From Thermoproteota archaeon (GTDB lineage Archaea > Korarchaeota > Korarchaeia > Korarchaeales > Korarchaeaceae): a stretch of DNA of 54,773 bases. A model generated the notes under the pieces. That model did not search any database. It saw only the letters and a list, made by a program, of their open reading frames with translations, and was not told where the DNA came from. This document shows positions 1 through 8,438 of the stretch, one piece after another (position 1 is the first letter of the stretch; each line of letters begins with the position of its first letter). The DNA is taken from positions 1-54,773 of the forward strand of contig JAOZFG010000012.1 in the NCBI GenBank assembly GCA_027491435.1, read 5' to 3'. The translations under genes were made by a program, and so were the position numbers.

Positions 1-1072
1 CCCTGGACTAGCCTGATCTGGCTTGAACTGAGGCTGAGAGTATCTTCAAGGGTTCGTCTTCACAACTTCATCAATTACATGACCAGAGGGAGGCCATACC
101 GGTTGTATCAGTCTCGACATATCTATAAACCCTGAGAACTAAGATTCTCAGTGTTGTGGGATCTGAGGATCTGATTGGAGGATCAGAACTCCTGATAGGG
201 GAGCTCTTCGTCTCACACCTCAATTAAGATCTTCTCGTCGTTTAAAGAGTTACCTCAACTCATTGAAGGAGTACCAGAGGTTTGAAGAGGAAGATCAAGA
301 GTTCTTACATATTCTTGGACGAGGTGACGAGCTTGGAGGGCTGGTGAAAGCCGTCAAGTCACTGATTGACTTAGGAGTCTTGCTTAAGGACGTAGTAACT
401 GTGACGGGCTATCTTCCCTTAAGATCAGAGGGACATCGAGCTCTTCCTGGGAAAAGGGGAAGGCGTCGCGATGGAGGTCCTGCCCCTACTTTTCCCAATA
501 CGTGGGGCTGGTTGACTCGGGTGCTACTCGGGGAGAATGTATAGCTTGTTCAGGGACTACCTGGAAATCGAGGGCTTTCTCCCTAGGATCAACGGACTGC
601 CAGCTTCTGACATCTTGTGAGCTTACGTTAACGAGGTCGTGAGGTTTAGGAGGAGTTTGGAGGTATAAGAAGGTGATGCAGCCTCTTCAAGACGGCACCT
701 TCTCCCCAAGCCACAGAGCGCTAGCCTCTACACCTCCGGTTCTCTACAAGGTGCGATCCTACTTGGGCTCATGAGAGTACTTGATTGGACGAAGTTTCTG
801 TGGGAGAGGTAAAGCGGGAAGTTCTTCAGGGATCCGCTGCTGGCCAGGGCTTTCTGAACTGGTCTGGTAAGAGGTTTCTGGAATCCGCTGTTTACGGGTG
901 GGTGTTTAGAAGCACGTGTACAGGGGTAACGGGTGTACTACAGGAACGACTAGGAGTGAACGTCGCAGCTGACGGGGGGTTTAGGTGAAGGCTGGCAAGG
1001 CCCAATGAAACATCCTAAGGGAGCGGTGCTGGAAAGGAGGACGTACCTGTCCTGCTGTTGAAGGGAGAGTGA
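1..1072 (+). pseudogene. Decayed paralog of the AAA+ ATPase (COG1373/DUF4143) at 7260-8438
   Basis: Frame-hopping fragments IFLDEVTSLEGW*, KAVKSLIDLG..VVTVTG, MEVLPLLF, LFRDYLEIEGF, KFFRDPLLARAF and VKAGKAQ* are colinear with VLDEVTGLEYWW, VLKGLIDSG, VEVLPLSF, AFHLYLDLGGF, IFFRDPIIPRAF and VKAGKAH of the intact gene; many stops and frameshifts. Confidence 0.85.
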
Positions 1073-1286
1073 ATGACACCTCCAGCCGTCTCAACCCCTT
1101 ACGTTAATTCACGGACTGAAAGGGACCTTTTCCACCTCGGAGAGAGACGGGCATGGTCGACAGCCGGCTTCAAATTGACCCCACATCCAGGAGTTGAAGT
1201 TGCTCGGGAGCCCTCCTTCAGCGGACTTAAGGGGCAAAGCGACACTGACATGAAAGCTTTTATTTCCGTTCTGGCAGTCGCGAGGG

Positions 1287-1607
1287 ATGCCGGCTTACGT
1301 GGTCGACCTGAAGGCGGACATGAAGTGGATTGGGCTGGTGGAGAGGTTCAAAGAGGAGCTGTTAAGGAGGTTCAATGGAGGGATACTCAAGATAGTTGCC
1401 CTCTACTCCCCCAAGGACAGGCTTTACGACTCGAACGTGCTCGTGGTGGTCAAGGAGGACGACGCAGGCGTCGTTGAGGGGGTGATTGAGGCGGCTTTGG
1501 AGGCAGAGAGGGAGATGGGGCTTGAGGGAGTTATCTCCCCCTTGGTGGTGGGGCCTGAGGAGAGGAGGATAATAGAGGGGTTTGAGGGGTTCGAGGTTGT
1601 CTGTTAA
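1287..1607 (+). CDS. Minimal nucleotidyltransferase (MNT)-fold antitoxin-like protein with degenerate motifs
   Basis: 106 aa; KIVALYS..LYDSNVLVVV resembles MNT hhhFGS..DSDhDhhVV; overlaps a HEPN gene; TTTTATTT TATA-like box ~25 bp upstream. Confidence 0.65.
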   Translation: MPAYVVDLKADMKWIGLVERFKEELLRRFNGGILKIVALYSPKDRLYDSNVLVVVKEDDAGVVEGVIEAALEAEREMGLEGVISPLVVGPEERRIIEGFEGFEVVC

Positions 1608-1929
1608 CAAGGCCATCAGGCTCATGAAGGAGGCCGAGGAGGACCTCAGGATTGGGTGCTACGACAAGGCCGTCAGCTCATCTTACTTCTCAGTTAGGAT
1701 GCTGGCTGAGCTCTACTTAAAGGGTTTGAGGACTAGAAAAGACGATAAGCTGGCTAACGCCCTGGGGAGGAGGCTGGGAGACGATTTCAGGAGGGAGTTC
1801 ATGTTCCTATTCGAGAGGAGGAAGGAGGCAGACCACAGGGACAAGGTTTTCTCGAGGGAGGAGGCGGAGGACGTACTCAGGAGGGCTAAAAAGGTCTTCT
1901 ACCGCCTCCTCGATGAGATGGGCCGGTGA
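1597..1929 (+). CDS. HEPN domain protein (toxin-like)
   Basis: EAEEDL..G.YD.AVSSSYF N-terminal pattern and R-x4-H (RKEADH); TTG start at 1597 after GAGGGG (track start 1582). Confidence 0.8.
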   Translation: MSVNKAIRLMKEAEEDLRIGCYDKAVSSSYFSVRMLAELYLKGLRTRKDDKLANALGRRLGDDFRREFMFLFERRKEADHRDKVFSREEAEDVLRRAKKVFYRLLDEMGR

Positions 1930-2051
1930 AACTACAAGTAGTTAAGTTGGGAACTCCAAGTCTGGCGCCTGCTTGAACCCTATCTCTCACCCCAAATGGT
2001 GATTCGAAGGTGCGGAGGCCCTGACATAGTCCCTTAAAAAAGTTGGAGGGG

Positions 2052-3335
2052 TCAGCTCTCATCCCAGTCCAGGAGCCTCTTCTCCCCCTCCAGCTTCTGA
2101 ATGTCCGTTATGTCCTGAACAACCTCCAAGGTTCCCAGATAATTGCCCTGTGAATCCCTAACGGGGAAGTACCTTATGTGAAGCTTCCTCCCCCTCATGT
2201 TTATCCAGAACTCCGCCACTTCCCTCTTTCCCTCCCTGAACTCCCTTATTATCCTCTCTACCAGGTGAACACTGCCAGGGGGGTGGCACAGGCTTACCTT
2301 CCTGCCTAGCACGGTCTTGGTCCTGAGGAAGAACATGCCCTCTTTCCTTGAGTAGTACCTGAGCCTGTCGTCGGCGTCCACGAAGGTTATCTCGAAGGGG
2401 AGGGTTTTCAGTATGCTGTCTATCTCCTCCAACCTCAGGTACCCCTGATCCAGCTTTAAATCCCCTTCTCTAATTAGAGGCATGGTGTCCACGGGCTCCA
2501 GGGTGCTCAACAAGGCCTTGACCTCCATAGGAAGCTTTGAGGCCACCTCCTCACTTATGCCCGACCTGACTTCGGGAGGGTACACGGGCTCTCCAGGAAC
2601 CCACTCGTCACCGGGCCTGACCTTGTAGTAGCCCACTTCAGCCTCCTCAAGCTTTATGGCCGACCACTCCCCCTCGCTTAGCATTGCCAGCACCGTCGGG
2701 TAGAGGATCTTGTTCTCCCTGAAGACCATGTCCATCATGTCCCTGGAAAGCTCCTCAGCAAGCTTCTTCACCTCCTCATCACTTCCCTTCCACAGGGCCT
2801 GGTTAAGCTTCCTTACCTTGGCCATCAGCTGATCCTGCTTGGTCCACAGCACCCTGGGAACGGCCGTAAGACCTCTCCTCTCTATGTAGGGGAAGAGCAG
2901 GAACTGTTCCTTCATGAAGTGAGCCCTGATCCCCCTAAGCTCTGCCGCCAGCTTCTTCAGTTCTTCCTTAACTCCGGGCTTGTCTAGAGACCTGGCGTAC
3001 AGGGTCAGCTTCTCCGCGTCCTTCATTATCTCGTCGTTCTCCATTATCAGGGTGTGCAGTGGATGTCCGGGGGTGAGGTCCTTGAGTTCGACGCCCAGCA
3101 AAGAGTCCCTGAACAGGGAAACGTGCAGGTCGCACAAGGCAGCTATTTCAAGTGGTGAGACGCCTGAAGCCACAAGCTCTTGCTCCACCAGTGGAATCTC
3201 CCAAGGAGAAACGTGTTTCAGGAGTTCCTCGAACCTTCCCTTAAGCTCCTCAAACTTGACGCCCCTGTGAAGGTCCTCTAGTATCGACTTAAGCTTGGCT
3301 AACTTCTCCTCCTGGGATAACGCCTCGCTGCTCAT
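2052..3335 (-). CDS. DUF438 + hemerythrin-like + PAS_10 domain protein (COG2461)
   Basis: EQEL..G...EI..LCDLH (DUF438); GHP..EN, HF.KE.LLFP and EN.ILYP (hemerythrin-like); LPFEITFVD..D, CHPP.S and G.LEV.QDIT (PAS_10). Confidence 0.9.
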   Translation of the reverse strand: MSSEALSQEEKLAKLKSILEDLHRGVKFEELKGRFEELLKHVSPWEIPLVEQELVASGVSPLEIAALCDLHVSLFRDSLLGVELKDLTPGHPLHTLIMENDEIMKDAEKLTLYARSLDKPGVKEELKKLAAELRGIRAHFMKEQFLLFPYIERRGLTAVPRVLWTKQDQLMAKVRKLNQALWKGSDEEVKKLAEELSRDMMDMVFRENKILYPTVLAMLSEGEWSAIKLEEAEVGYYKVRPGDEWVPGEPVYPPEVRSGISEEVASKLPMEVKALLSTLEPVDTMPLIREGDLKLDQGYLRLEEIDSILKTLPFEITFVDADDRLRYYSRKEGMFFLRTKTVLGRKVSLCHPPGSVHLVERIIREFREGKREVAEFWINMRGRKLHIRYFPVRDSQGNYLGTLEVVQDITDIQKLEGEKRLLDWDES

Positions 3336-3553
3336 AACTATCGATTAGTACATGCGTCATACTCTTATAAATGTTAGGTTGACCTTAAGCTACAAAAACT
3401 TGCTCCTAAAATAAGCCATACAGCGACCATATATGATAATAAAATTGATAGATTGGACTATATATAAAAATTTAATTATGAATATAAGCTATTTTATTAA
3501 AACATGATGGGAAAACAGTTTTAGGTTTGATCTAGGGATTACCTGAGGAAGAC

Positions 3554-4318
3554 ATGAGCAGTATTGGCAGGAGAGAGGTGTTTCAACTAATCAGGGAAGT
3601 TTTAGATCTCAGCGTGTACGAAGCTAAAGTATATTTATTACTCTTGGCTGGAGGGACGCTAACTGTAGGCGAGTTAAGTAGAAGGGGGAGGATTCCCAAG
3701 TCTAAAGTGTACGAAGCTCTGAAATCTCTAGCTTTGAAGGGGTTAGTGGTTAGAGTTAATTCTAGCCCCCTAAAGTATTCTACAGTTCCTGTAAGAAAAG
3801 GTATTTATAACAGGCTCTTTCAACTCAGAATGGAACTAGCTAGAAAGGAAAGATTAGCTGATGAGCTAATTAAGGTCTTGGAAGGATTTGAATTTGATGA
3901 GGGCGCTGTCGCCGTTAATTTGGAGGGCGAGTCCTTTAAGACCTCATTAACTTTTGATTTGATGATCGCTAGAGAGGAGGTATTACTAGCTATTTCTGAA
4001 TTAGCGCTAAATTTTAGTTGGCCTTTCAGTTATATTTCTTTAAATTCTAGCGTTAATTTTAAGTTTCTGACACCTAAAGTGCCTCCTTTAGTTAAGTACT
4101 TAATAGATAATGGCCTTTTTGAGAGAGTGGAAATTAAAGACTGCGATTACGTAAGGCAACCATTCCTAGTGATTGACGAAAAAATAACATACCTGATTAT
4201 AATTTCAGATTCTGGTAAGGTCTCCTCAGTGATCAGAGTTGAAGATAAGGACTTCTCGGAGCAGATGGCTTTTACGTTCCGTAAGATTTGGGAAAAATGT
4301 GAGGAAGGTGATTCGTGA
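3554..4318 (+). CDS. TrmB-family transcriptional regulator
   Basis: LS.YEAKVY..LL..G.LT..ELS...IPKSKVYE.L.SL..KGLV wHTH, followed by an effector-binding-like domain (FLVIDEK); lower GC than flanking genes. Confidence 0.85.
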   Translation: MSSIGRREVFQLIREVLDLSVYEAKVYLLLLAGGTLTVGELSRRGRIPKSKVYEALKSLALKGLVVRVNSSPLKYSTVPVRKGIYNRLFQLRMELARKERLADELIKVLEGFEFDEGAVAVNLEGESFKTSLTFDLMIAREEVLLAISELALNFSWPFSYISLNSSVNFKFLTPKVPPLVKYLIDNGLFERVEIKDCDYVRQPFLVIDEKITYLIIISDSGKVSSVIRVEDKDFSEQMAFTFRKIWEKCEEGDS

Positions 4319-4322
4319 GAGG

Positions 4323-5915
4323 TCATTCCCTATTAGGCAGGAAAAGCCCTACTATGTTCCTCAGTCCAAACGTCTTTATCACGTTGATCAGGAAGGCCAG
4401 GAAGCCCAGGGCCAGGAGGGCTCCGAAGAAGGCAGCGGCTCCCATGTAGGGCAGGTAGGCGTCAGTGTAGTAGATGGTTCTCCTGAGCATGCCCTCCCTC
4501 CAGGCCAGACCCATGGAGAAGGCCATCCCTATTCCCCCTATCATCCAGAGCCAGAAGTGAACGTTGCCCAGCTTTTCATCCAGCTCCACACCGGCTAACA
4601 TCGGAGTAAGAGCGTAGATAGCTGCGAACAATATGCTGCTCAACCCGGTAAGCAGGGTCTGGTGGAAGTGGAATCCGGGAACCCACTGGGTGTTGTGTAT
4701 TATCACGTTCAGGCCGTAGTTGGCCTGAATGAGCCCGGCCATCCCTCCAAAGAGGAAGCCCAGTATGCCGCCCAGCATGAACTTAATGGGGAGGGAGAGT
4801 TTGAGGGGCCTCGCAAGCCACAGGGTCATCATGGCTGTGAAGAAGGTAAGGCCCATGGTGAAGCCCTCGCCCCAGGTTATGAACTGCCCGCTGAACAGCC
4901 TGAGGAACCAGGGTTGAGGCCTGTCTGAGAGCAGATGGTGGCTCCAGACCCCCATAGATACTATCAGATCAGCCAGTATCACGTACCTGACAACTTCCTC
5001 AGCGTAAAGCTTCCTGTTGGCCAGGAGAGGGGCTAGCAGGTAAAGGGTGCCTGCGGTCCAGATCAGGACGTCCCCGTCAGCTATCATGTCCAGGCCCCAC
5101 CAGTACACGTTCTTGTAGATCAGAGGGTCCACCACCAATGGATTTATAGGCCCCACCAGCATCCTGTAAAGCATGAAGCCAGCTATCAAAACTCCAGCGC
5201 CAGCTAGCACCACTGCATTTATCACCGCATCTATTGAACCCCTGAAGACAGCCACCACGAAGACGGGCAACTTCTCCTTGGGGTCGTAGCCTCCGTCAGC
5301 CATTAGAGGCTTCTGCACCCCGAAGAACACCCTAGCCCTGTTGACAACTCCGCCCACGAATTTCATGAGCCCCTCTAGCCCGAATGAGGCCATTATCAGG
5401 CTTATGGCAGCGGTCTTAGTGGTCAGTCCTGGCTTCGAGACCCCCAGTATAGTGGCGAATATGTTGAACAAGAACATAAGGACGGATATCTCGGTGAGCA
5501 CCAGCCCAACTGAGAAAGTCAGGGCTCCTGGCTCGGGGAAGTACACCGGAAGGGGCCAGTAAACTGTGTAGAGCGGGGCGTAGTAGAAGAGGAAGCCCGA
5601 GAGCCATATGGTGAGCACCCCTATCGTCTGGGTCCACAGGTTTATAGAGGCCAGCCTGAGGCTGAACAGGGGCCTCTTAAGCAGGGTGGGCACCAGGAAG
5701 AAGAAGGCCCCCATGACGGCCATATAGGCCCATCCGTAGGTCCCCACCAGAGGATGCACTGTCATGACTGCGTAAAAGTGCTTCTCATCTATGAAGGGGA
5801 CGTTCATGAGCCTGACCCTCATCATCATGCCCTCTATCCCGGCCAGGGCCAGGAAGAGGGAGGCCATCACCACGTACTTCAGGGTCAACCTCTTAAGGGC
5901 CGCCTCCTCGCTCAT
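4323..5915 (-). CDS. Heme-copper oxidoreductase subunit I, B-family-derived; gNOR-like (putative nitric oxide reductase)
   Basis: Multi-TM protein; MTVH (helix II heme His), VWSHH, FHFH and GMLRR present; helix VI reads YWWGLDMIAD instead of FWFFGHPxVY; ATG 5915 overlaps the subunit II stop (ATGA). Confidence 0.85.
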   Translation of the reverse strand: MSEEAALKRLTLKYVVMASLFLALAGIEGMMMRVRLMNVPFIDEKHFYAVMTVHPLVGTYGWAYMAVMGAFFFLVPTLLKRPLFSLRLASINLWTQTIGVLTIWLSGFLFYYAPLYTVYWPLPVYFPEPGALTFSVGLVLTEISVLMFLFNIFATILGVSKPGLTTKTAAISLIMASFGLEGLMKFVGGVVNRARVFFGVQKPLMADGGYDPKEKLPVFVVAVFRGSIDAVINAVVLAGAGVLIAGFMLYRMLVGPINPLVVDPLIYKNVYWWGLDMIADGDVLIWTAGTLYLLAPLLANRKLYAEEVVRYVILADLIVSMGVWSHHLLSDRPQPWFLRLFSGQFITWGEGFTMGLTFFTAMMTLWLARPLKLSLPIKFMLGGILGFLFGGMAGLIQANYGLNVIIHNTQWVPGFHFHQTLLTGLSSILFAAIYALTPMLAGVELDEKLGNVHFWLWMIGGIGMAFSMGLAWREGMLRRTIYYTDAYLPYMGAAAFFGALLALGFLAFLINVIKTFGLRNIVGLFLPNRE

Positions 5916-6376
5916 CCTCTCACCACCCTTATGGCCCCCTCCACGAACATCTTGGGGTGCTCGGGCCCGGAGTACTCGGTGGACCTGACGGTATAGCTTC
6001 CCTCCTCCTTGAACACCCACACGATCCTGTTCTCGTACTTAGGAACCACCTGCATCTGGAAGACCATCTGTTTGGTGGCGTCGTTGAACACCCCGAACCC
6101 GTAGGTTAGGTCCTCACTGGTCACCACGAACTCAACCGGCACTTCCTTAGCTATCACTATCGAACCCTTCTTCAAGGGCTCCTCCTTCCCTCCCTTAACC
6201 ACGTAAAACTTGTGGTCCTTAACGACTACCCTGATCACCTCCTGGGGCTTATACTTGCCGTAGAGGTCCCACTCTATCCAAGGCACTAGGGGCGACAGCG
6301 TCAGAGCGTTGAACGTTACAGCGAACAGGGCTATTATCCCCAGCCATATCTTCTCCTCCCTCTCCATTTTAGGCAA
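5912..6376 (-). CDS. Heme-copper oxidoreductase subunit II (one TM + cupredoxin) lacking CuA ligands
   Basis: E..W N-terminal TM; TSEDLTYGF (canonical S.DV.HGF) and RSTEYSGPEHPKM (canonical C.EYCG.GH..M); SD AGGAGGTGA before TTG. Confidence 0.88.
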   Translation of the reverse strand: MPKMEREEKIWLGIIALFAVTFNALTLSPLVPWIEWDLYGKYKPQEVIRVVVKDHKFYVVKGGKEEPLKKGSIVIAKEVPVEFVVTSEDLTYGFGVFNDATKQMVFQMQVVPKYENRIVWVFKEEGSYTVRSTEYSGPEHPKMFVEGAIRVVRG

Positions 6377-6380
6377 GATA

Positions 6381-6488
6381 TCACCTCCTGGGCTTAGTTA
6401 GCTTCTTCGCGTACCAAGTCATGAACAGGATGGCGCCAAAGGCGTAGATCAGGTAGAACAAGTCCACAGCGTCTACCACCGAGATCAT
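6381..6488 (-). CDS. 35-aa single-TM protein, putative subunit IIa-like component of the oxidase
   Basis: MISVVDAVDLFYLIYAFGAILFMTWYAKKLTKPRR; AGGTG SD and TTTATA box upstream; its stop lies within the SD of subunit II; absent from the ORF track. Confidence 0.75.
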   Translation of the reverse strand: MISVVDAVDLFYLIYAFGAILFMTWYAKKLTKPRR

Positions 6489-6500
6489 AATGACACCTGT

Positions 6501-6590
6501 CATATAAAGGACGCCTTTCGTGTAATTAAGATTCTGCGAACATGTTAAGTGAAAAAAATTTGTGTGACACTAGGGTTATATTTAAGCTAA
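6501..6590. promoter_or_regulatory. Divergent promoter of the oxidase operon and HTH_10 regulator, with candidate activator box CGAACATGTTAA (6537-6548)
   Basis: Minus-strand TTTATA at ~6503-6508; plus-strand TTATATTTAA at ~6576-6585; AACATGTT palindrome between them. Confidence 0.5.
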
Positions 6591-6611
6591 GAGGGCCAAA
6601 AAGGGGAGAGC

Positions 6612-7226
6612 ATGATAACATGTACGGCCTTCCTGCCGAAGGGGTGCTGGCTGGGGGACTTGACCAGGTCCAAGCCTCAGGTTAAGGGCTCGGTCCTCTC
6701 CTTCATCATGGTCGTGGGTGAGGAGGTGAGGGCCACGTCAACGGTCATGCTAACTAACGCTGACGACGAGGTGGTGGACAGGGTCAAGTCCCACGATTCG
6801 GTTCACGAGGTTAAGGTCGTCAGCTGCTACAGGGGCTCCGTGGTCCTTAAGGTAAAGCACGATTGCCCGCTGGCAGAGGCTTTCGTGAACTCCTCCCCAC
6901 CGCCAACTCCCTTCGTCGTCCGGGAGGGTAGAGGGGAGTGGGCCGGAAAGGATGAGCCCGAGTACAGGGAGATGAGGGAGGAACTGTCCAAGAGGGGCGT
7001 GAAGGTGATAGCTAGGCACGTGAGGAGGAGAGACTTAACCCTGAGGCAGAGGATCATATTCCTGAGGGCCATTCAAGAGGGATATTACGATTATCCCAGG
7101 AGGATAACCCTATCTGAGCTTGCGGAGAAGCTGGGAGTTTCCAAGTCTTACCTCTCAGAGACCCTGATGAAGGTCGAGAGCAGGCTGCTCAAGGAGGCGG
7201 CCAGATCCCTATTAGTTGACAGTTAA
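6612..7226 (+). CDS. Bat-type HTH_10 transcriptional regulator (COG3413)
   Basis: C-terminal LT.RQ..I...A...GYYDYPRRITLSELAE.LGVSKS.LSE.L.K.E; N-terminal Cys motifs GCWL and HDCPL. Confidence 0.9.
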   Translation: MITCTAFLPKGCWLGDLTRSKPQVKGSVLSFIMVVGEEVRATSTVMLTNADDEVVDRVKSHDSVHEVKVVSCYRGSVVLKVKHDCPLAEAFVNSSPPPTPFVVREGRGEWAGKDEPEYREMREELSKRGVKVIARHVRRRDLTLRQRIIFLRAIQEGYYDYPRRITLSELAEKLGVSKSYLSETLMKVESRLLKEAARSLLVDS

Positions 7227-7259
7227 CTATCAATCTTTTATATATGTATTGACAGTTAA

Positions 7260-8438
7260 ATGGCGATGAGGCTAGAGCCGATAAACCCCTGGTGGTACAG
7301 CGACTCCTGGCACAGGGAGGACTTTCACCTCTCCGCATACCGCTCCTCCAAATACAGGTGGAGGCCCCCCTGGATTGACTCCCTCTCCCTGAAACCCTTC
7401 TCCCTAAACTTCGTGGTGGGGCCCAGGCAGGTTGGTAAGACTACAGGATTGAAGCTATTAGTGAGGGAGCTCATAGAAGGGGGTGTTGATCCGAGGAGCA
7501 TAACCTACGTAAACTGCGACCTTCTGGTGGATTTGAGGGAGCTCAGGGACGTCTTAATGAAGTTAAGAGATGGGGTTATAGTGCTCGACGAGGTCACCGG
7601 GTTGGAGTACTGGTGGAGGGTCCTCAAGGGGCTTATCGACTCGGGGAGGTTCTCAAATAGCGTGCTGATAGTGAGCGGATCCTCCTCCGTGAGGGTAAGG
7701 AGGTACGCTGAGTCCTTCACCGGGAGAATGGGAAGAGGCAGGAGAGTTGAGGTCCTACCACTCAGCTTCAGGGAGTTCGTGAAGGTAAGGGGGGAGAAGT
7801 CTCTCGAGAGGGCCTTCCACCTATATCTGGATCTCGGCGGGTTTCCCAGGTCAGTAAACGAGGATAATAAGTTCCTCCACGAGTTGCCGGACCAAGTAGA
7901 TAAGGAAGTAGCTAAGGTCGAGAGGAGCGTCAGGATAGCTAGGCAGGTGATACAACAAATAGTGGAGAAGGGGCCCTCGGCCTTGAGCTACAACTCAATA
8001 GCTAGAGAGCTCGGGCTTTCCCACGTAACTGTCAGGGAGTACGTGGAGCTCTTGGAAGACCTTTACCTGGTTGGGGTGGCCTACTGGAGGCAAGGCAACA
8101 GGGTCAACTTCAGAAAGGAGAAGAAAATTTTCTTCAGAGATCCAATAATTCCGAGGGCCTTCTACCAGATCAGGGGCGAAGTTAGAAAGGAGGCCCTTTA
8201 CGAGTGGGTCGTTCAGGAGCACCTCTACAGGAAGTTCGGTGAGGTCTTCTACTACAGGGACGGATATGAGGTAGACGTTATAGCCGATGGGGTTAAAGTG
8301 GAGGTTAAGGCCGGCAAGGCCCACAGGAGGTATCCAAAGGGAGTGACCGTGTTGGAGGAGTGGGACGTCCCCTACTTCCTTTATGAGTTAGGCCCTAGCG
8401 CTAACCTTTTAACAAATCGAGGTCAACAGCCCCGATGA
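7260..8438 (+). CDS. AAA+ ATPase, COG1373 family (AAA_14 + DUF4143)
   Basis: NPWW, GPRQVGKTT, LDEV, SGSSS, LPLSFREF, GGFP, wHTH and C-terminal EVD..EVK. Confidence 0.9.
   Translation: MAMRLEPINPWWYSDSWHREDFHLSAYRSSKYRWRPPWIDSLSLKPFSLNFVVGPRQVGKTTGLKLLVRELIEGGVDPRSITYVNCDLLVDLRELRDVLMKLRDGVIVLDEVTGLEYWWRVLKGLIDSGRFSNSVLIVSGSSSVRVRRYAESFTGRMGRGRRVEVLPLSFREFVKVRGEKSLERAFHLYLDLGGFPRSVNEDNKFLHELPDQVDKEVAKVERSVRIARQVIQQIVEKGPSALSYNSIARELGLSHVTVREYVELLEDLYLVGVAYWRQGNRVNFRKEKKIFFRDPIIPRAFYQIRGEVRKEALYEWVVQEHLYRKFGEVFYYRDGYEVDVIADGVKVEVKAGKAHRRYPKGVTVLEEWDVPYFLYELGPSANLLTNRGQQPR

Noticed and set aside
1115-1130. 16-bp ACTGAAAGGGACCTTT also present inverted at 26931-26946; both copies lie near TA modules and contain a CRISPR-handle-like ACTGAAAG
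   Set aside because: Roughly one 16-mer match is expected by chance in 55 kb over both strands; the flanks do not align and there is no second repeat or target
5916-6020. N-terminal extensions in the ORF track (subunit I to 6020, nnr to 14734, dppD to 29045, drmA to 54125)
   Set aside because: They overlap upstream genes or promoters; downstream starts have SD sites, TATA boxes or stop-start coupling
4323-6376. Ordinary ba3/aa3 cytochrome c oxidase, or a decaying oxidase pseudogene
   Set aside because: The HPxVY and CuA losses are specific substitutions in intact, translationally coupled ORFs that keep the other five His ligands
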